A DNA stretch of 63,931 bases, filler included, from Choristocarpus tenellus KU-1152 (taxonomy: Eukaryota; Protista; Phaeophyceae): assembly GCA_964200185.2 (NCBI GenBank). It is 7 parts of 7 records of this genome, joined end to end, with 100 filler letters (N's around TTAATTAATTAA, not from the genome) between each part and the next. Parts side by side here need not be neighbours in the genome. Positions count along the whole stretch, not along the records: positions 1 to 21,529 come from CAXNAD020000336.1; 6 more parts are not named here. One strand, given 5' to 3'. The translations under genes were made by a program, and so were the position numbers. This document shows, one piece after another, positions 1 to 14,210 of this stretch. Under the pieces are notes generated by a model. The model was not told the DNA's origin. It saw only the letters and a program-made list of their open reading frames with translations, and ran no database searches. Position 1 is the first letter of the stretch. Each line of letters begins with the position of its first letter.

Positions 1-58
1 AAATCAAAAAAAGGGTGAAAAACGGACGCCGACCCCCCCCCCCCAGATACTTTGACCC
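1..58. mobile_element. MITE family 1 3' end (a similar end lies at 37630-37656)
   Basis: AACGGAC..C-run AGATACTTTGACCC. Confidence 0.6.
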
Positions 59-704
59 TCCTTTTAAACATCAAATTGATGTGTCAGCAAGAACAATAAT
101 TCTGGACTAAACTGCAGTGGTGATAGTTTTGGATAACGGATGACATAAGGCAAATAAATGGACTAAAGCATTTCCTGGAAAGTTGGTGTAATGGGGCAAA
201 TGATACCGAGAGTTGTCTTGACAATCGACACTGTAGAGGAAATTAACTCAGGCGTTTTATGGACAAAATAAGTAAAGGAGCAACTCGCACCCAAACAATG
301 TCCTGTAGACGGACGTTGCAGAGCAAAGTGACCCTACTAACGTTTTATTTCCAGGATGACGGATGATGCTACATGCCAAATATAACCGAACGAAGGCGTT
401 CCTTGGTAACAATAATGTTAGTATTGAGTGATAATATGTTGTGGGGTGTGTGGATGTGTTCTTTTGACGAGTGTTGTGCTGTGTGAAAGGAAGACTGGAT
501 CAAATAAGATAGTACTTTGGGGAATAAAGCATCATATTTGATGAAGGGACGAACACACATAGAAGTGCTACTACAAATTGTTTCAACAAACGTTTGTTTC
601 GCACATATTTTCCACCCGATTTTCATCTACTTTTATAGTATTTCACCCCTGAAAATAGGGCTTTTCACTGGGTTAGAATAAAAAAAGTATCGTTCACCAT
701 CTTG

Positions 705-1455
705 ACTGATCCCCGCAGTTATTTAACATGTCCCAGTCCATGTCCAGTGGTATCGAACCGGTCTATTATGTCCTTGTCCAGACAGCCCCACAGTTACTTA
801 ACAAGTCCCAGTCCATGTCAATGTCCAGACCAATACCACAGTTTCTTCACATTTCCTGGTTCATATCCACAAGGTGTGGTACCAGTCCATGTCCACCAGC
901 TGGTCAATTAAACTTTTTCCTTACATGTTTGGATCATTGTGGTCCGATGAGTTCAATATTTTTCTGACATATCTCCGGTACATATTATCCAAGTGTTAAT
1001 GTGAGACTCACACGCACACGAATCACAAATCACATCAACAAATTTACAATTTTATTGTTCTAACTAAATAGAACAATATGACAATAAAGAAATATCACTA
1101 TATAACATACTTAGTACTTACAATAATAGAAATTTGGATTTGGATTCAAGAGTGCTAAAATATAAAATAGGAGGCATGGGCATGGCGTTGCTGGTCACAG
1201 GGTACAAGAAATATTACTATACCCCACATAGATAAAATGTTCTAACATGACCAAGTCCATGGTCATCGCTAACTCAACATGACCACGGCCGTCACCCTCC
1301 ACGTATTATAGCAAAGTTCGAATATGGCTAAGTGCATGAACATCTCTAACTGAACATTACTGGGGCCATCACCCCCAATGTATAATGTATAACAAAGTTC
1401 GAACATGGCTAAGTCCATGGCCACCATTAACTCAACATGGCTGGACCCGTGGCTA
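705..1455. repeat. Degenerate tandem repeats (CAGTCCATGTC family at 705-900; about 80-bp unit x3 at 1235-1455)
   Basis: Recurring AAAGTTCGAAyATGGCTAAGTsCATG..TAACTsAACAT. Confidence 0.55.
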
Positions 1456-2439
1456 TATGGGCGATAGTGGAAATGGTAACTGCTCAGCCCAACCAAACGT
1501 CCAACCCCTAACACGTAAGTGGACCTAATGCCTACCATAAAAACTAAGAATAGTTCGAAGAATATAACTTCGTAACAGTGATGTAGATAGCACCAGAATT
1601 GCTACGATTCGATAAAATCGCGAATAATCAAAACCAGAAATTGAGGGATAGTATTTAAAGGGTAGTTTTCAGGTTAATGTGGTTTGCGCGCTTGGTCACG
1701 GAACTCGACTGTTCGATCCTCTCAATTCGTATGGAACTGACACACGACAAGAACGTTACATTTTTAGTAGCTTTTGGGACGCAACGATCTCATCGGGTAG
1801 AAGGGTCGGCTATTATGATTATGTACTCCGACATGACGCATGTTGTCGTTCATAGGTGCCTTTGTTGAAGGTCTTGACTGTGAAGGTTTACAGTCGAGTC
1901 CATGATGTAATCGAACAGGAATGTCAGAGTTCGTACCGTGGGACCCTATTCTTTGGTGGGTCTTGGTCTGAATTTCTGTGTCAGGTTTGAATTGTATGGC
2001 ATCAATTCCACCTGTCTTGCGTGTGTGTACTATTCGATTGTAATCGATTACATAGACATTTTTCCAATTTCACTTACACTCTTAATATATATGCTTCACA
2101 TTTCAGCAATGAACTCTACTGTTAATACTACCACTACTACTACTACTGAAAAAAACAAGCACCCCTAATCACCATTTAGGCATTTATCTCCCTTCCACCA
2201 TTTAACCCGAACTTCATCGTGTCTCAAAGGGAGGAACTATTTCACTGTATAGTATTATTAATTGCCTTGTGTACTCCAGGACCCAAAACAAGTGAAAATC
2301 GGGGCGGTCGAGAAAAGTGGTCATAAAAACGGGTACTTCACGGATCTATTTTTTCTTTTTAGGCGTCCGTGCAACCAACGGTAAAAAAATGGTGAATAAT
2401 GGTGTTGTGAACCATACCGATTGAATTATCTGTCATCCC

Positions 2440-3800
2440 AGTCGATTGAATCGGAGTTTAATCGAAACCGGAAATCTTGAGACTGAATGTTCCTTTTTTC
2501 CACCCTTGAATGTTTGGAGAACATTATAAGGACGAAAAACAAAATCTCGGACGGCAGAGTATGCCATTATTACGCCAAGGTACGCTGAAGACACTGAGGG
2601 TGAAGGGTGAGATGAAGACACAGAATCGGCCTTGAAGGCAGATAGATAGTGAGTAATCAACCACAGTTAAGATGGTTTTCTTGCTGGAGGAAGAACACCG
2701 TATCACTACCCACCACCGCATAGATCTATGTTTGGAGAGTTTAGGTGTGTATCATTCTAGAGGGAAAGCATAAGATACCATAAAATCAGCTCAGGCGTGT
2801 GGTGGCGCCTATTCAAAATCCAGTCAGAGCAAGTAGTCCTTGTAGAAGATGTGCAGGATGTAGAGGATTGAGTAAAAAAAAGTGATGGGGAATGGTACGG
2901 ACTTGGCGATTCATTTATTTCATGGTGGATCGCTTTCTCTACTTCAAACCCACCATCCTTCTTCACAAATACTGTGATGCTCACCCAAAATGTCGGCATT
3001 TGAGTGGGAGGTAAGCAGTTGGAAAAGGAATGCAATGCAAAAATTGGAAGCACTTCTGGGAGGAATTACGTGTAGAAGTCACCTCCCACCTGTCAAACCT
3101 ATTGGAAATACTGTGTGCAATAAATGTATTTCATCATGTTATTACATATTGATATCACACACATCCGATTCCCTCTTCCTTCACATTTACAGCTGTTTCA
3201 AGGTCATCTAGTTAGTTCTATCATTTTGTAGATTTCAGTTGATTTTCTTTCCTTCATAGTAAGTTTATATTCTTCTACCCGTCTTCCCCGTCTCCCATCT
3301 CGCCTATTTTGTATCCTTTTTTTTTGCTATGCTCCGGCGGGCCTAGTTGAAATAGTTACTTCAGCTTATCGTGGAAACACAGGAGACTCTTGAGGATGAC
3401 ACAGGCGTGAGAGCATCTCTAATTGTCTCCATTATCTATAATATAAGAGTGATGCTGACAAAATCAGTTCAAGCCTGCAGCGCCTTCAAAGATACTACCC
3501 CTGAACAGGTGGAAGCGAAAAATGTGCATGCCAGTGCGCAAGTGTGATGTATCTGATTCTGTGAACTGTTTTGGTACAGTGAGGAGGTTTGACTAGTACA
3601 TCGAGAGTGCGAACAGGCAGTCCAGAGGGTTTAATTTAGAAGCAGGTCCTGGCTACTTCCCTCAACCCCACAACCAAAATCCTTCCGGCATTCCAAAGAG
3701 TGAGCACGGTGAAGACATTTGGTGACTGGTCGAGTCAGAAATTATAGGCGTTATGAAGGAGAAACGCAGAGCACAGGAGACAGATAATAGTTTAGTTGTG
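2440..3800 (+). mobile_element. Highly degenerate hAT-like transposase relic
   Basis: Frameshifted fragments in the expected order: 'AYSKSSQ', 'FEWEV..MQKLEALL', 'TLEDD..RASLIVSIIYNIR' (like LEGxxYVTxSL) and 'QVLATSLNPTTK' (like ATxLDPRxK). Many stops. Confidence 0.45.
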
Positions 3801-6001
3801 GATCCAAGTCCACGTCCATGTACTCTCCATCTTGAGTAGGGACAGTCCTCCCATTAATGACACAAGGGATTTCAAAGAGCTTTCCTTTGCTCCTTTACAA
3901 ATTTCAATTATTGAAAATCACAAGCACAAAATAATGATCGTGAGTGTGTGTTACGACCAGTCTCAGAAGCTAATTTTCTACGTGCTCTAAAACACCAAAA
4001 TTTTAGAGAAGTGTGACAGATTGTCACGCTTACTGCAATATCAAGACCATTCTTTTAGAGAAGTTATCAGCGATGGTGATGGTTGCGTACATTTGCCAAC
4101 AAAAAACCACTGAAATGAACGATGGATAGTGAAGCCGTATTGTATACTTCTTCGTTTTGAAACGCCCGATGGCATTGGAATGTTCAACGAACTCTACTCT
4201 TCAACAGGAACCCAATCCTAACCACTCCCGACTCTGATTCACAGCGTTGTAGAACACCTTTTTTTTGTACACATCATCACAGTTGGTATAGTTACTTTTG
4301 TGGGGGGGGGGGGTCACAGATAGAGAGCCGTGGATGCATGTTTTTATATGCGAATTTAGACATGATATTGTTCGGAAATGTTGATTAATATCTTGTTCTG
4401 GGTTTAAACGTCTATCTGCTGTTTTATTGCAGCAAATGATACACCCTCCGTTCACCATCAGTTAGATAGAACAGGTTGCTGTATGGATGATGGATGATAA
4501 GTACCTCATCAGGAAGGCATTTCTTGCAGCTTCACAGCAGGTGGTGTAGAATAGGTGAAAACTAGGAAGTCGAATTTTGAGGGTAGCCTCATCATGGGTT
4601 CTAGAAAAACCTCACAAAAGAACACCTGATACCGTCTTGTGAGTTAATAGCGTGCCCCACAAACTGTTTGGACTCATGCTGAAAAGAGGAATAACATAAG
4701 AAGACCCCTTAAGTACACATGAAGAGAAAGGGCAGAAATATCTGGAAAGAAAAATGAGTTAGTTATGTAATACTACTAGAAAATTGAAGCAACCACAGCA
4801 GCTTACAAAAAAGCAACATGCAGCTATGAATTTGCCATACAATGAACTAATGTCCGTAAGGCGCCTAGCATACTTTCAAGTCCTTGCACGCAAAAATGAA
4901 GAGGAACACAGCTTTCACCATCATTACCCATTCTGGCACAGAGCTTTTCATTGATAAATATAACATACCCCATCACTGCTTCTATATACTAAAAGCTACT
5001 ACTAAGAAATAGCTGGAAATTTTCTGAGCACAACACCTCTAGGGTATAACAATACCTGCCAGACAGTGCATGATCTGCACGCATTAATGAAGCCTCCACT
5101 CCCTGTGACTGTACAGAGTCAAGACAGGCAATCAATCAAGACGACCATTCCTTCCTCTACAGGATTATGGACCTTCATTGCATCCTTGCCCCCAGTGAAG
5201 TCACACAATGACCAACGATCATTCTGAGACACTTGTGGCAGGAGGCCACATATACTCGAGATACATCCAACCAGGATTGGATGTAGTATTCTCCTTGAAC
5301 TAAGCAATCAGAGTGTTATGCCACGTCTCTTACCTCCTTCCGCACATCTTTCCTACCCCTACATTAAGATAACTTCAGTCACCATTGAGCTTACCTGTGT
5401 GTTACACCAAACAGAAAACCATCTAACTTGAAAAACATAAAACATGTTCACCACATCTAGGTGGGTTTCACACGCCACAGCTGCATCAAGCTGGCCCAGT
5501 CATAACAGCACCTTTACCAGAGGAGGCAGGGGGTGGTGTTTGCTAGGTGGGTGAATACAAGGTGTTCATGTCCACTACGTCCACTAAATACCTTGGGATG
5601 ATGCAGTCAATTACACAGGGGTATGTTGTGTGTGTGCCGTCCAATTCATCCCCAACCAAGTTACACACACACCTAAAACTGCATCCTGAAATATGAGTAA
5701 CTTCTCATATCCACATACCACGCTAGATGACCTAACAAAATAAAAAGAACTGAAGTGAAGCAAACAGGAGTACGTGATTGAAGTTGCTCCTATACTACCT
5801 CAGCTGCCAACCTATTGTCCCCCGTGGCCAACACTCCTGCCGTAATGACCCCCTTATCACAGAGCCAGCACAGACACAGAGCATACCAATAGCAACAGGC
5901 ATTATGGTGTAGCAGGGAATGTCAAAACTGAAACCTTGACCATGAACACTTGTCACAAGCTCCTCCATCAGAAGGGGAGAAATATTGTGCCCAGAAGCTC
6001 A

Positions 6002-9000
6002 TCAACGGATAGCTAGTGCAGAACGTAGCCACTTGTCTTCCTCCACGACAAAGGACTTGAGCACCTTGCGCCCATCCTTCACAGTGAGGACATCTCCATC
6101 CTTATCAATGGAAGCAATGCACTTCAGACAGTCCTACAGTCAGGCCACACAAGAAAGCAGAGTCTTATGGGTAAGCGAATCAAATAGGGACTGAACAAAT
6201 TGCACAAGAACTATATCACTGTTGCAAACCCTCTTTATCATCCATACCTACTCTACTTATGAAAGTACTGTATATACATCGTAGAAGAGACTCAGCACAC
6301 AAATGTCAGAGTCATAGGACTGCAAGAGGCACACACTCCAGTCAATACATCACGAACTCAGTTTGATACATCAAGCAGAGACCCTTGAGGTCAAGCACTC
6401 AAAGTCAGCCTCTCTTTCATCCAAGCTATGCAACTAAATGAGGGGCATCAGCACTTCTGGACTGAACAGGTATCAGAGCCACCATCACATGCACCTCCAT
6501 GGAACATCAACTGTGTACTGCATTCAATACAAGACTGTAACTTGTTTCATGGTGCCTTCACAGTCCCCATCAAGGTGCAGTCAATCAACATGGTTCAAGC
6601 TTACCAAAGGGGACATTTGGTACCGTTACATCACATACACATTCAACAAAACAACCTCAAGTAAGGTGTTTGTGCTTTTCCAGGAGCACAAGAAAGACTT
6701 AGGTCACAGCACAGAGGGGTTGGAGGGGCCACCTCTCTGGTCTATGATAATGGTGCCAACCAGTACAAATTATACAATGTGGAATATAAAAAATATTAGA
6801 GGAGGAATAAAAGTGATGCCTGTTTTTCAGTCGTGAATGCCATTTCCTGGTGATAGTATAGTATAGGTGCCACAATAATAACAGGTGCTACTCTAGAGAA
6901 GTCACATCAAAGGGTCAAATCAAAGGAGTAAAGGGTCAAGCTGCAGGAAGGGGAAACATGAGAGGGACAAAGAACCAGCTTGTGCTGGGCAGAGTGGCTT
7001 CATAATGCGCAGGGACTACTCCCAACACAACTATGTAAGTATTAAATCGACCAAAGAGAGGGAGTGCTCCTGACCATTTTAGGAGCTCCTTGACACGATC
7101 TCCCTTTTGGGAAATTCCAAAAAAAAATAATTCTATGACATTCAAGATTACAAAACCTATCACATCCTCCCACTGATGATGCTCTACTGCTAAGAAGCCA
7201 CGGTAAGAGACAGGTGACAGGAGAATACAGAACATGTTCGAGGGAAGGAAGGTCCCTAAGGAGCCCAAACATTGATTGAAATAATTCCCCCTCATCAATA
7301 GGTTGATTGCACACAGTGATTCAGGTCTTAAACCTCAAGCTCATCTTGCCACTCTCTGAAAAATACGATTGCAGAAGGAGATTCTACCAACTCTAGTGGT
7401 TGTCACCTTTTCTTCAAACGGCCTCCCACTTTCCCACACAGGACCCCCCCGACGAGGTGTGCTGGGTCGACCTTCATGCAGAACCAAGTTCCCATCCTCT
7501 GAATGAAGTGAGAGATGGGAAGGTGAGTCAGGAGAAGAAATGACACAGGGGGTGAGGGAAAAACGGGCAATGGGAAATATATCAAATACCTGGCCAATGG
7601 TCAACCAAGCTCAGTTGAGGTTCCCCTTGTATGTTGTATGTCTTACGTTTGATTCTCTGCCTACTACCTTTCTTTTAGTTCTTTGCAAGGTGTCATACAC
7701 ATACTAATCCTTTTCTACAACAAAAAGAAAACAATATTATGCCTCCTACAACATATTACGTGCCGTCTGCACATGTCAAGGCGTAACTCAACATAGCAAA
7801 CAAATGCAAGGTTAGTGAGTGCACAATGCAATCTTCTGAGGCAATTCAGACAAATTGAGCACACAGAGAATCTCTACACGCAACCATCTCTTGTTCCTGG
7901 CCTACCTCGGGGTCCACCCAGACACCTCTCAACTAACATTCCTATTCCTGTCTTGAATGCAGGTAGTAGCGAACACATTTCGTCCTTTCCTAATACTGAA
8001 AATAACATGTGCCAAGCAAACGTAGAAGTGTGTGTATGTATATTTTCATGTAGTAGTAGTAGTAGTAGTAGTAGTAGTCGATGCAGATGAAATACGTTTG
8101 GGTGATGTTGAGACAAAAGCCATACACATAAGAAACTTGCTTTACGGCACGATTTGCAACAAGTGCCTGGAAAACACCAACTTGCCTCTTTCATATAACA
8201 TCTTCATCATACAAGGTGCCCATGAATGGGAGGCCTTTTTTGTACCAAATAACCAGAGTTCTTCTCAGGATGGGAAAATTCAACTGGGTCAGGTCGTGGG
8301 TCGGAAAGTTTCAAATATTTACAGGCTGGGTTCCCAATATGTTTCAACATGTACAGAACATATCCACCAAAATCTGGACAACAGGGCCAGACAAGTTCAT
8401 ATATATATATATTTATTTATTTATTTTTTTCAGATCAGAGCCATCAAAGATTGTTCCCTAGCCAGGCCAAGACCAGCCTGTGGCTTAGTTTAATTGGGAC
8501 ATATTTTTGCTAGGCTAGTCTGACTCGTGTTGACCTGGTCAGAGAGGTAAAATTGATATTATTTATCAACGACCATCAACAGTTTCAATGTGTCTGAGAC
8601 ACATGCCAAGCTTCAACCATGGCCCAGATCCCAGCCATGCTAACTACCCAGATTGACAAAAAGCTCTGCAAGTAACACACAGAGCTGGTGTGTGACCATC
8701 AGTCACTCAAAACTGAGAGGCTCACTAAGAACGCACCGTTAAAATCCCTCCAAGCTACCACTATAATCCCACAATAAACAATTCAACACATGACGTATCC
8801 CCATTGCCTTGAAACCCTCCCCCCCCCCCACTCCACCCCAAACACACCACTATCCACCAAAGCCGTAACCGCCTGAAAGGTGGGCAATCAAACACTTTCA
8901 CCCTCAAGACATTTGTTCCGTCCCCTACTCACTCACTCTGCAGGTGTAGGAAATGAGTAGAAGACCGCAGCCATTTGTTGTTCCCCACAATGGTTCCGGC

Positions 9001-12000
9001 CCTGAAGGGAATTGGGTCTCCTGAAAACCCGCCCGAATAGACAATCCGGTACACCACAGTCAGCCCCAAAAAAACCACGTAGATCACCCAAGCATTGCCC
9101 TGGCACAAATGTATCCCACAAGTCCATTACAACTGAGGTTGGATTGCTGTTGACACTTACGGGTTAATATATTTGGTGGGTATTGGCTAGGTAGGTGCTG
9201 TGGTGGGGAGGTAGGGGAAACAACGTATCTTGCAATATACCTCCCTCTCTCATCGACAACGGTACTATATAATGGAGTACATCTCTACTCATTGGGAATT
9301 GAACATGTAAGCAGGCGGCCACAACTAAGAATCATGCACACTCACCACATCATTCACAACAGCAGGGAAAAGCCTGCAGAACACAAATATTAGTAGTAAA
9401 CTAGAGAACTATAACCCGACTGATTCACCACTCATTATCACTACAACTTGAGGGTTCAGGTCCTGGAACGACTCCCTCCATCAATCCCCCCTCCCCCTCC
9501 CCCTCCCCTAACCTTTCTCCCCGTCAACTACTTCAACAAATACTATTCCCCTCCACACCCCCGCACCCCCACATTCCCATACACCTCACATTTCCTTACA
9601 CTATGGGCCTATTGCACTATGATATCATACCTCCGCTCTCCAGGCACACAAGACTCACACCTGCAACCACTGTAGGGCCGGCATAACTTGCAGATCAGTC
9701 TCAATGTCCTCTGCAAAGCTGCCCAAGGAAGGGACAGAGCGTGTGTGTGTTGGCTTGCTTGATCTTGGTCCTCTGTAAGTACAGCGAACTAGCACCTGAC
9801 CTGTTACCACCTTGACACACAAACACAACCACAGTAACTAAGTAATACTAGAGATGGGGAGACCAGGAGGCGTGTTCGTTGCACTCCAATGTTGGGGGCT
9901 CTGATATTGTGGTGATACATATAGCATACATATACACCTGTCTGTTCATAAAAAAAATCTGTTTCATTGCAAATAGGATATCAGAGGGAAGGAGTGGCAA
10001 ATACTACTGCTAATAATAGTTCTTTAATTGCAGAGAGTATCTCACACCATTGTTGCATGTCTCAGGTGCCCTCAAGGGGGAAGCAGACCGAAGTGGACAG
10101 AGAGCAGACCATGTGGCAGGCCTGACATGTTCACCCACACTAGTCCGCAATCTTATTAAATATACAGGTGGGTCGCACAGCATCAGCAGGTTTTCTGGCA
10201 TCAGAGTCCTGAAAATTTGTCCTCATTGCTAGCCTAGCCTACACTAACTTATCGCCTCTTTTCCACAAACAGATACACTTGCTGCTTATCACAAACTGTG
10301 GGAAAAAATGGCCCTGAAACCTATCATGCTCAAAATGACGACCCTTGCGGTCCCCTGTCCACCACATTCCAAGGCAACAATAGGCCTGTTTCTTACAACA
10401 CGAAAGCCCTCAAGCTATCCTCCTCACTTGGGCCATTCAAAAAATATTTCCAGGGGGAATGTGAAAAGGTTTGGGGATGTCCTTTGTCACACCTTTTTGT
10501 ATTTCCATCGAATTTACCTTATCTCCTTTCTCACACTGTGTCCACATGATGTTTCTTTTTGGAAAGATAAAATTTGTAAGGAGCTAATGTCAGAAAATTT
10601 GCTAAAATTCTTTGCTCTTTTCCTATCTTTTCTTCTTGCACTCCTACAGGTGGATTTTAAATTGTTTGAAATAATGTGAAATATGACACGTGGCTGTGAT
10701 GGTGATGAAACAAAGTCCGCTATAATAGTTTACTCGTTTCCTATCTATTTTCTTACATGTCCTACACAACAAAATCTTCGACGGGAAGATAGGTAGGAAT
10801 GAAATGCAGAGTTTCCAGTTCCACTTTGTTAGTTAGTAAGAGGCCTTACAGGGCTAAAAATTGGTCATTTGGCTCTGGTGAATACCAACTACACTTTGGT
10901 AACTCCATCTCACTTTCAAAATTTTGGGCAAGGTGTTCCTCCGTTCAGTCCTCGAATTTGACCATAACAAGTCTCCAATGTTCTGTATGCAATCAGCAAT
11001 ACTATGTAACACTTAGCACAGAAAGGGAGAGGGTTTGCAAAGGTGATTTACATGGCAAACCATGCCCATGCCTGTTCACTCCTGATTTCGTTAACTTCTC
11101 TGATATTGAAGATGCCAACACACACAAAAAAAACAGTCATGTTGGCGAATAGAAAACTTCATTGATGAGCACAAAAGTGCACCCAACTCCTACCACAATT
11201 GACCGTCAATCACCCTTCAGGAATTAGATCAATTCAGAGTTCAGGTTGGATAATGACACGTGTTGGACAAAATATTGCAAGGGAAAGATCTTCCAAACCC
11301 CAAAAAATATTACCCGCACACACACACCAAAGAGAGGGCTCTACAAGGTGCGAGCGAAAACAATCCAAGGATTTGTTTGAGGCGTATTTGGCACACCTGA
11401 ATCTCACCAAAAATTGTTTCACCCGTGAAATATACTCACCACTTGAAAATAAAAATAAAAATCACCACTGAATCGTTCCAATGTCACAGGGTTCTTGTAT
11501 ACACACACAAAGCGCACACAAACACGCCCATTCAAGTACTAGAATACTTGTTCTGTCAAGAAGTGAGCATATGCTATGTTGATACAGTGACTGCAGAACA
11601 AATGGCATGCCAGGGTATACACACCTTTCTGTCATCAGTTACGGCCACCCACACGCCTGATGGACCAGTGTCAGTCACCCTCACAGACCCCTCCCCAATT
11701 AGCTCCTTTCCTTGCTGCTGCTCCTCATAGCAGGTTAGCTTAAGGATGTTCCCATGCTCACTACCAACCTGCATGTTGCAAGCCGGCAAAAGGAAGAAAC
11801 TCAGAAAAAAAAACACAACAATACATCAATGTATCAAAACATCGTAAGAAACAATTGCAAACATCATGTGCCAAATTGTTACATGGTTGAACGGAATATC
11901 ACCAACATAAAAAAAAAGAAGGTATGTGGGTCCATTTGCTGATCGTCTCCATCACACCAAACAAAGATAGAGGTGTAGTAGACAGTTGCAGCAAAAAATA

Positions 12001-14210
12001 ACGTACACAAAAAAAAACCAAGTGCGCATACCCCCCGAGTTGAAGTTAATCGGCAGTCATTCAAAATTCAGTGAAGTCTCTTTTTTTTACTTGATCAAAT
12101 TCATGAGCAAACACTGAGCGCACACACACAATAGAAATGCGCAAGAACCACTAGCAACCTACTCCAGGGACAGCAACTCTTCGGGGGGTGCATTAAAATT
12201 AAATTGGACATCCTGAAAGAAAATTTACCAAATTGTTGACAGTGCTCCACTCCACTCCCACTAAAGCACTTGCTCAGGCGATAAAAAAAGAAAGTTCCAC
12301 TCCACTTTGCAATAAATAATAGATGCACATTCCCCCCTCTCTCCTAATCTGCCTCACCGGGAAGTCGAAGCTTTGGTCCCAAACCGGGCTTGAGCTACTC
12401 TGAGTGGGTTGTGTGATGCTTGAAGTGTTGCCAACAGTGAGGAGGCAAACTGGGTCTGTGATGCCAGATGAGCGCTTGGATGGTGTGCCTACCAGGCCCT
12501 GATTCCGATGATGTCCATACCAAGAAATACATGCAGGAGAGTGGAATGAGGAGAGGATGTTGAGGTTTCGACTAGTAAAGGGGGGAAGGAAGGGTGTAGG
12601 CTGCAGGTATGTTTCATGGTAGATAGTAGGGTGTGAAAATAGGGGTTAAGCTCAAATGCGATGACTCTGACTCAACAACAAAGAGCACCAAGCAACCCCA
12701 ACCCAAGAGCGAGGTCATTGTAATATTAAAGACAGGAAGACAGGCACAATCGGCACACTTGTCATTGGAAGAGGTAAGACAGGATTCAACTAGCCGTGTG
12801 CATCAGTTCTATAACAGCACCAGGGAATAGGTTAAGCCATCACAACACTTGCTTCTTGAAATGAGCAAAGGGTCCTGCTCCATAAACAAACATGACAGCA
12901 GCCTCAAGCACCATTGTTATCCCCCGCACAGATGCTACACCTCTATTTGTCTTGAGTAAACCAGAAGAATTACCCCCACCCCTGCCCATACTTTTGGCGA
13001 ACATGCAGAAATATCTCCATCCTTGTCACACATGGGTTTCTTGTTCTTTGTAACTCACCTTGCCCTGCACAACTACGATATTGAAGTATGGTCCAGCGGG
13101 TGCCTTACGAGAGGTAAAATTATTCCTAAGCACCCGGTTCCGGCTGGCCTTGATCGCCTCCTGTTGAGGTATCAGAATCTGTTACCCACATTAGACAAGG
13201 ATCCACAAAGGGGCAAAAGACACGTGTTGCGAACAGCATTAAGGGATGGAGGTATTAGCGGAAGAATGGCGGGAGAATTCCTCGTGCTAGTAGCTGATAC
13301 TCTCAAGAGCAGGGACGCGGAAAAGCGCGATGATGTTCCCCATGAAGTTATCCTGCCTCCAATTTCTTTGTGTTTGAACACCCCCCCACGCCTTTTGAAA
13401 GGCACACCGATCAAAACGGTCCATTTCAGCAACTTCAAACAGATGTAAAAATGCGTCGATTTGAAGCTATCGGTGTAGACCAGATAAAACATGGTGAAGC
13501 GAAGCATCATGTATCTACGTCTTCAAGGGGGGTAAAAAAAGACAGGCTAGAAGAGGAGTACAGCCCCATCCTGAACACGAACCAAAAGGTTATTCAGATG
13601 AAGTCCTCATTGACTACTCACGAGGGCACACTGATTGCACGCCTTCTGCTTGTCCGTTGGGTCGAAGATGATGCTCTTTAACCTATCAGTCGTTGGGGGC
13701 CGTACCACCTGGGATTGAGATTCGGGCGAATATTGTGAATAATATCATTTTTGGAGGATTCAGCCTACAGAAGGTTCTATGGCCAGGCAGAGCACGACTT
13801 ACAAATCGAAAATACGAAGTTAACACGGTTGGTCCAATTGCCAGTGTAAATAGAAAACAAGAGGGGTGCTGAGTATCTCCAACTCCGACGAAACAGATAG
13901 ATGGAGGTGTCATTTCCACGACACAGCCCAGTGTACATTTTGCCCGCATGCCTGTATTAAGAACATAACACGGGTTAAATATGATCAATAATACATTCCT
14001 AGAACTCACCTCATCCTCTGGCATGTATAGCTCCTTCGTGCAGCAGCTGGTACAGAAGACTCCCCCACAATACCTGCAATGCGTCCTCCCACTCAGGGTG
14101 ATATCTAGGAAGTTGCCCTCGAACCTTCGTTTGCAAAGGGGGCACTGGGAAACCTCCTTGTCGCTCACCCATCGCTTGGTGGGCGTTCTCTGGAGTCTAG
14201 CTGACGCCAT
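6002..14210 (-). CDS. FYVE zinc finger + C2 domain protein, spliced, about 328 aa if no exon is missed
   Basis: Exons with GT-AG borders and consistent phase: 14210-14010 (MASARLQR..WVSD..CPLC..RTHCRYCGGVFCTSCC), 13708-13622 (..KACNQCAL), 13178-13059 (..PYFNIVVVQGK), 12498-12358 (GITDPVCLLTVG..SPVWDQSFDFP), 11768-11625 (LKLTCYEE..KELIGEGSV..GVWVAV), 9810-9659 (VVTGQVLVRCTY..), 9373-9346 (28-nt micro-exon), 9020-8937, 6133-6002 (DCLKCIASIDKDGDVLTVKDGRKVLKSF..KWLRSALAIR*). Eight Zn ligands and WxxD fit FYVE; exons 3-6 fit a C2 fold. The last three exons are less certain. Confidence 0.85.

Noticed and set aside
130-1950. Possible Sola2-type transposase relic (FYFQDDG*CYMPN, YYKLFQQTF)
   Set aside because: Only faint motif resemblance with many stops; cannot be supported without an HMM search.
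4600-5900. Possible decayed retroelement (also 6400-7600 and 10300-11500)
   Set aside because: No RT, integrase or transposase motif could be identified by eye.
8937-9373. Selenocysteine read-through (CCCE-UGA-CGDPIPF..) in an alternative frame
   Set aside because: A stop-free model with consensus GTGAGT donors exists, the alternative frame does not join the last exon's long frame, and no SECIS was identified.
13023-13681. Plus-strand ORFs of 141 and 103 aa, and other antisense ORFs such as 44695-45126 and 51150-51740
   Set aside because: Shadows of real exons on the opposite strand or of low-complexity sequence.
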